Source: a virus (lineage: Duplodnaviria; Caudoviricetes). From it: 64,000 bases of DNA. Under the pieces are notes generated by a model, which had not been told where the DNA came from, ran no database searches, and was given only the letters and a program-made list of their open reading frames with translations. Shown one piece after another: positions 60,145 to 64,000 of the stretch. The DNA is taken from IMG/VR virus record IMGVR_UViG_3300028603_000018, positions 180,063 through 244,062 of that record; one strand, written 5' to 3'. The first letter of the stretch is position 1, and the number at the start of each line of letters is the position of its first letter. The translations under genes and the position numbers were made by a program.

Positions 60145-60666
60145 ATGATAAAATACTTAAGAATGATCAAGAACTATCTTTTTCTTAAAAGAGATAAACA
60201 AGATCCTTCTACCGAAGAAGAAGATATTATTGGTACGGTAATTAATGATATTTATCAAGAACTACCTTTTATCGATACTCCTCTTTTAATCTTACTTCCC
60301 GTTATATTAGAAGCACTTAATCAAGCCCGGTATTCTGATACTAAGAAGATAGTGATAGATTCTACGCCCTTTTCTATACCTATCTCTACTATACCAGGAT
60401 CTTTAGAATATTTCTCTAAGTCCGCTAATATTCTTAATGGGTTCATTAATAAAGTAGGGTATTCTTTTTTCTTAGTAAATACTGAAAATAATAAAGATTT
60501 TTCATTTTTTGATATCAGTATTGTAAGATATGAAGACTTACCTGAACTTATAGCTGGTTATGAAAAGCTAATTATAGATGAAAAACCTTTACCAGTAAAT
60601 AACTCTCCTACTGACCTAACGGACTTTATTCATTCTTACAATAAAAAACTTTCATCTTTTCACTAA
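60145..60666 (+). CDS. Hypothetical protein
   Basis: 173 aa ORF with SD TAAGG. Confidence 0.65.
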   Translation: MIKYLRMIKNYLFLKRDKQDPSTEEEDIIGTVINDIYQELPFIDTPLLILLPVILEALNQARYSDTKKIVIDSTPFSIPISTIPGSLEYFSKSANILNGFINKVGYSFFLVNTENNKDFSFFDISIVRYEDLPELIAGYEKLIIDEKPLPVNNSPTDLTDFIHSYNKKLSSFH

Positions 60667-60716
60667 CAGATATTCTGAGAGGAGTTCTTTTGGACTCCTC
60701 TTTTATGCTGTAAATT

Positions 60717-60739
60717 AGATTATCTCAATTACATATAAC
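60717..60739 (+). promoter_or_regulatory. Early-type phage promoter
   Basis: AGATTATCTCAA-N3-CATATAAC. Confidence 0.7.
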
Positions 60740-60783
60740 TAACTAGAATTGACAAATGTATTACTAACATAAAGGACTTTATC

Positions 60784-61407
60784 ATGAGTAAGAAAATAAA
60801 GATGTCGTTTGATGTTTCGCTGAATGATGTTTCGTCTTCTAGCTTTAGCTTTCATTCAATCTACATTCTGCACGGACATCTTCGACGGGAATTGCTTTAC
60901 TCCACAGCACCGTCAGTGGAACCTTACAACGTATCTATCAACGAAGAGTTGGAATTGGATACTCGTATTGAAGGATGTCGTGTAGGTCGTAAGAAGTATA
61001 TCCTCACCAGCATAAATGGAGGGAAGAAGCACTTCCCTGATCAGATCCAGCTTGTTGCTGATTTTGAATCAGTGGTAACTGATACACTTAAGCGCGTAAT
61101 CTATTTGATCGCTCTTGCAGATCAGGATATTACACAAATTGTCGTTCTCAATAACGGTGTTGAAACGACATTTCATATCTCTGGTGATCCTGACATGGGA
61201 AGCTTCTATGCAGAGCTGGCTGAATATGAAAAGAAGTGTACGCAAGCTGCTAACACTCCCTCTACAGAACCTGAAGAAAAAGAAGAACAAGAGAAAAGTT
61301 TCTTCGACGGTATCTCAGAGATTAAATGGACTGAAGTTGCTACTGCTGCTGTTGGCGGTTTCTTGGCTGGTAGCCTTTGTCTTTATGTCTATAAGAAATT
61401 CAGTTAA
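60784..61407 (+). CDS. Tail-anchored (C-terminal TM) early protein
   Basis: C-terminal VATAAVGGFLAGSLCLYVYKK. Lies between a promoter motif and a terminator. Confidence 0.75.
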   Translation: MSKKIKMSFDVSLNDVSSSSFSFHSIYILHGHLRRELLYSTAPSVEPYNVSINEELELDTRIEGCRVGRKKYILTSINGGKKHFPDQIQLVADFESVVTDTLKRVIYLIALADQDITQIVVLNNGVETTFHISGDPDMGSFYAELAEYEKKCTQAANTPSTEPEEKEEQEKSFFDGISEIKWTEVATAAVGGFLAGSLCLYVYKKFS

Positions 61408-61573
61408 TTAAAGTTTGGGAGGATAACTAACTATAAAAAGGTTAGTCATCCTCCTTTCTTTCTTATAATTTATTTTTTTGTTTAGCTATTAATATTATGT
61501 AAAGAAACCTGGTACTTCCCTAACCTACTGAAATCATCTAATTGATATTGAAGCTTTCGCAGGTATTCTTTAT

Positions 61574-61612
61574 ATAAATAGGAGTCTGTAAAGAAAGACT
61601 CCTATTTATGCC
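61574..61612. terminator. Family hairpin
   Basis: ATAAATAGGAGTCT...AGACTCCTATTTAT-GCC. Confidence 0.75.
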
Positions 61613-61681
61613 TCACTTTATTTTTTATAACTAGTCTACATCTCTTGGATAAAGATATAGTATAGCTGGAGATTAACTACT

Positions 61682-62083
61682 ATGAATAAAAAAGATTTAG
61701 AGGACTATAAAGCTTTAGCTAATGATTACTCAGTGATTATTAATAAACCCATTTACTCACTATCATTACTAGATAAGAATACTGCTTTAGTAGAACTTAC
61801 TAACTACTGTATAGGTAAGTCTATCACAATTCCAGATAATAGGGAAGTCTTTCTACAGACTGTATTAGAAGAGATATTTAATGAGAACTCTTCTTTCATT
61901 ACTTACCTTCGCTTAGCTTATAGTGATGTTAATGATTTCGTATCTTTAGTTACAGTAAATAAAAGTAACCTAGAGAACATTACTAGTGTTTTACAAAAAG
62001 CACTCTTTGCCATTAATAAATTCATTTATATCGAAGAAGCTATCCAAACCACTCTAACCGCTATTTCTCAAAAGTTAAAATGA
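61682..62083 (+). CDS. Hypothetical protein
   Basis: 133 aa ORF with SD GGAG. Confidence 0.7.
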   Translation: MNKKDLEDYKALANDYSVIINKPIYSLSLLDKNTALVELTNYCIGKSITIPDNREVFLQTVLEEIFNENSSFITYLRLAYSDVNDFVSLVTVNKSNLENITSVLQKALFAINKFIYIEEAIQTTLTAISQKLK

Positions 62084-62466
62084 ATACTAAACAAGAAGAC
62101 ATTAAAGTTATTAAGAAAGAAACACATTACTTAGAAAATACCAAAACTCCTTTTAGCATTTTCCTAGAAGGATTGCTTGAGAAGGAAGAGGTGAGTGAAA
62201 CAGATATTAATGATATCAAACTTTCTCTAAAAAACATTACTTTATTTACTATTAAGAATAAAGAACTCCTTACCTCTACGTACATTTCTGATTTTAGTGT
62301 AGATATTTATAGTTCTAGCTTTATGGAAAAACGTTTACGTTTAGAGGAGGGTAAATTAGATATCTCTAATAAAGAAGAAGTGAAAGCTTTCTTAAAACTC
62401 CTCGTCCTGGATTATAAGGTTCTTCGAGGTGTATTCTTAAAAGCAGGATGTATTATTAACATCTAG
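62080..62466 (+). CDS. Hypothetical protein
   Basis: 128 aa ORF with ATGA overlap. Confidence 0.7.
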   Translation: MNTKQEDIKVIKKETHYLENTKTPFSIFLEGLLEKEEVSETDINDIKLSLKNITLFTIKNKELLTSTYISDFSVDIYSSSFMEKRLRLEEGKLDISNKEEVKAFLKLLVLDYKVLRGVFLKAGCIINI

Positions 62467-62477
62467 CAAAAGCAGAT

Positions 62478-62508
62478 ATTGGGAGTTCTTCGGAACTCCT
62501 AATTATGC
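62478..62508 (+). terminator. Family hairpin with a C(UUCG)G loop
   Basis: GGAGTT-CTTCGG-AACTCC. Confidence 0.7.
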
Positions 62509-62525
62509 TGTAAAAACTAGAGAGT

Positions 62526-62548
62526 AGATTATCTTAAGCTTATATTAC
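62526..62548 (+). promoter_or_regulatory. Early-type phage promoter
   Basis: AGATTATCTTAA-N3-TATATTAC. Confidence 0.7.
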
Positions 62549-62726
62549 TAAAGTACTGTGTACTTGACCAAAAAGAGGTTAAGGGAAAAAGAAACTATTT
62601 TTTTTTTTTTTGTATAAGAAATAAAGGAAATAGTATGTTAGAAGAACTATATTTTTTTATATGTTTTTTCGTAAACGCCCATTATTCTTAGCTGAATAAT
62701 CTATTAGCCAAGAAAGGTTAAGGACA

Positions 62727-63263
62727 ATGCATCTTTTTAGACTATTATTAAACGAACAAAACTTTAATCGTCCGTCTATAGAGATTGCCTTAGAACTTAT
62801 CCATATTTCATCTGGTTGGAGAGGTGAGGAAAAATATGTTGAATTTGGTTTACCGGAAGTTTGTGATCCTCGACCAGATATCGACTATGATGCCAATACC
62901 TTTGCTCCAATTAAAGTGGATTTACGATACGATTCTAGGTTCTCTGGGACAACAGGCTTTCTCTATAGACGTCTTTCATTAGACGAGCTAATAGAGAGTC
63001 AAGAAGTTAAAGTATGGCCTGAACAATATCCTTTTAAAACAAGTGAAGTACTCGATCAAATTAATGAACAACTCCACACTCAAATGACGATGGAGGACTT
63101 GTTAGAGGTTCAGTATGATGAGCCAGGTAACTTTACTCTTTTTGCACATAACCATTCCTTAGTATGGACTGGTAAGAAAGCATTTAGAGCGATGAACCCA
63201 GGAGATCCTGAGTACTTATTCCCTACTAGAATCCTCTCAGGGTTCGTAGAAGTCAATCTTTAA
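62727..63263 (+). CDS. Tail-associated structural protein paralogue
   Basis: FGLPE...NT...G..GFLYRRL pattern, as in 50414. Confidence 0.65.
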   Translation: MHLFRLLLNEQNFNRPSIEIALELIHISSGWRGEEKYVEFGLPEVCDPRPDIDYDANTFAPIKVDLRYDSRFSGTTGFLYRRLSLDELIESQEVKVWPEQYPFKTSEVLDQINEQLHTQMTMEDLLEVQYDEPGNFTLFAHNHSLVWTGKKAFRAMNPGDPEYLFPTRILSGFVEVNL

Positions 63264-63285
63264 GTAAGAAGAGGAATGTTATAAA

Positions 63286-63801
63286 ATGCCTCAATCAACC
63301 CCGTATAAGGGTAAGAGTGTAGATAGAGTAGCAGCATTAATGAATGAGACAAACGAGACGGAATATGTCTTAAATGTTGACTTCACTCTTGGTCAGATGA
63401 GAATTGCTGCTGAGGCTGGTGGCAATACAGTGCTAGACTACAACAGTAATGTAGAAGGAAAGTTAAGTAGCTACGTTATTTATACTCGATTACCTATTAG
63501 TGTATTGAACAATAGAAGTGATCTTGATGTTGTCGATATTCCAACATTTCCTTTCACTACACATGAAGTATTAGATTTAATAAACGAAGCATTAGGTTTA
63601 GATCTTGAACCTTCTGAAGTTATTAACGAAACACATACAACACGATTACCAGATTATCCGTTGAAGGTAAATGCCAGCTCTTTAGCTTGGTTACCTTCTA
63701 CGTATAGATTTAAAGCATTGCTGCCTGGCTCTATATTAGAGGAAGATGGCAGTCCATTATTAACAGAATATGGTACAGTTTTTGAACTAGAGTCCGCATA
63801 A
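63286..63801 (+). CDS. Tail-associated structural protein paralogue
   Basis: GNT...YTRL, FPFTTHEVLDLINEALG and SLAW motifs shared with 62727. Confidence 0.65.
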   Translation: MPQSTPYKGKSVDRVAALMNETNETEYVLNVDFTLGQMRIAAEAGGNTVLDYNSNVEGKLSSYVIYTRLPISVLNNRSDLDVVDIPTFPFTTHEVLDLINEALGLDLEPSEVINETHTTRLPDYPLKVNASSLAWLPSTYRFKALLPGSILEEDGSPLLTEYGTVFELESA

Positions 63802-63817
63802 ACGGAGTATTATTACA

Positions 63818-64000
63818 ATGGCTAAGATTTCAGAATTAGACCTCTTAACTGAACTAACCCCAGGAACTTTTGTTCCTGTGGTCGATTTAGTTGAAGTAGA
63901 TAAAGAAAAGCAAAATAAACGCGCCTCTCCCGAAGTATTTAAAGGTCCTAAAGGTGACCAGGGTGAGCAGGGCGAACAAGGTATCCAAGGTATCCAGGGC
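63818..64000 (+). CDS. Collagen-repeat tail fibre protein (5' part, truncated by the window edge)
   Basis: SD GGAG. MAKISELD... followed by GPKGDQGEQGEQGIQGIQG. Confidence 0.75.
   Translation, partial: MAKISELDLLTELTPGTFVPVVDLVEVDKEKQNKRASPEVFKGPKGDQGEQGEQGIQGIQG

Noticed and set aside
61115-61411. 98-aa alternative-frame ORF overlapping 60784-61407
   Set aside because: No SD, and the Lys run merely mirrors a short Glu run. Evidence is insufficient.
8024-62508. Hairpin repeats as a CRISPR array or MITE family
   Set aside because: They are dispersed singly at gene ends, with no regular spacers and no target-site duplications.
1-64000. tRNA, rRNA, CRISPR arrays, alternative genetic code
   Set aside because: No cloverleafs or repeat-spacer arrays were seen by eye. 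Genes are full length in code 11, and the apparent breaks are explained by introns or a frameshift.

Overview
AT-rich segment of a phiKZ-like (Chimalliviridae-type) jumbo phage genome. In order it carries: non-virion RNAP beta (split by a group I intron with an HNH endonuclease) and beta' subunits, an SF2 helicase, a TnpA-less IS605-type tnpB element with its omegaRNA, a virion RNAP beta' subunit, a tail-chaperone-like gene pair joined by a candidate -1 frameshift, an endolysin, the N-terminal subunit of a split family-B DNA polymerase (interrupted by a second, ORF-less group I intron), a long block of head/inner-body and baseplate proteins with S/A/G-x-E protease sites, and an accessory region with tmk, a Nudix-like enzyme, thyA and a macro domain, ending in a collagen-repeat fibre gene. 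phiKZ gp numbers are assigned from recalled motifs and synteny, not from a database search. Best novelty candidate: a histone-H1-like, lysine-rich gene overprinted in the +1 frame of the acidic propeptide of a head protein (37403-37966), with its own Shine-Dalgarno site and a sharp local codon-usage shift. Other leads are the T-TTT-TTT frameshift at 15587, two related introns, repeated terminator-promoter cassettes and a G10 tract in a putative virion gene.
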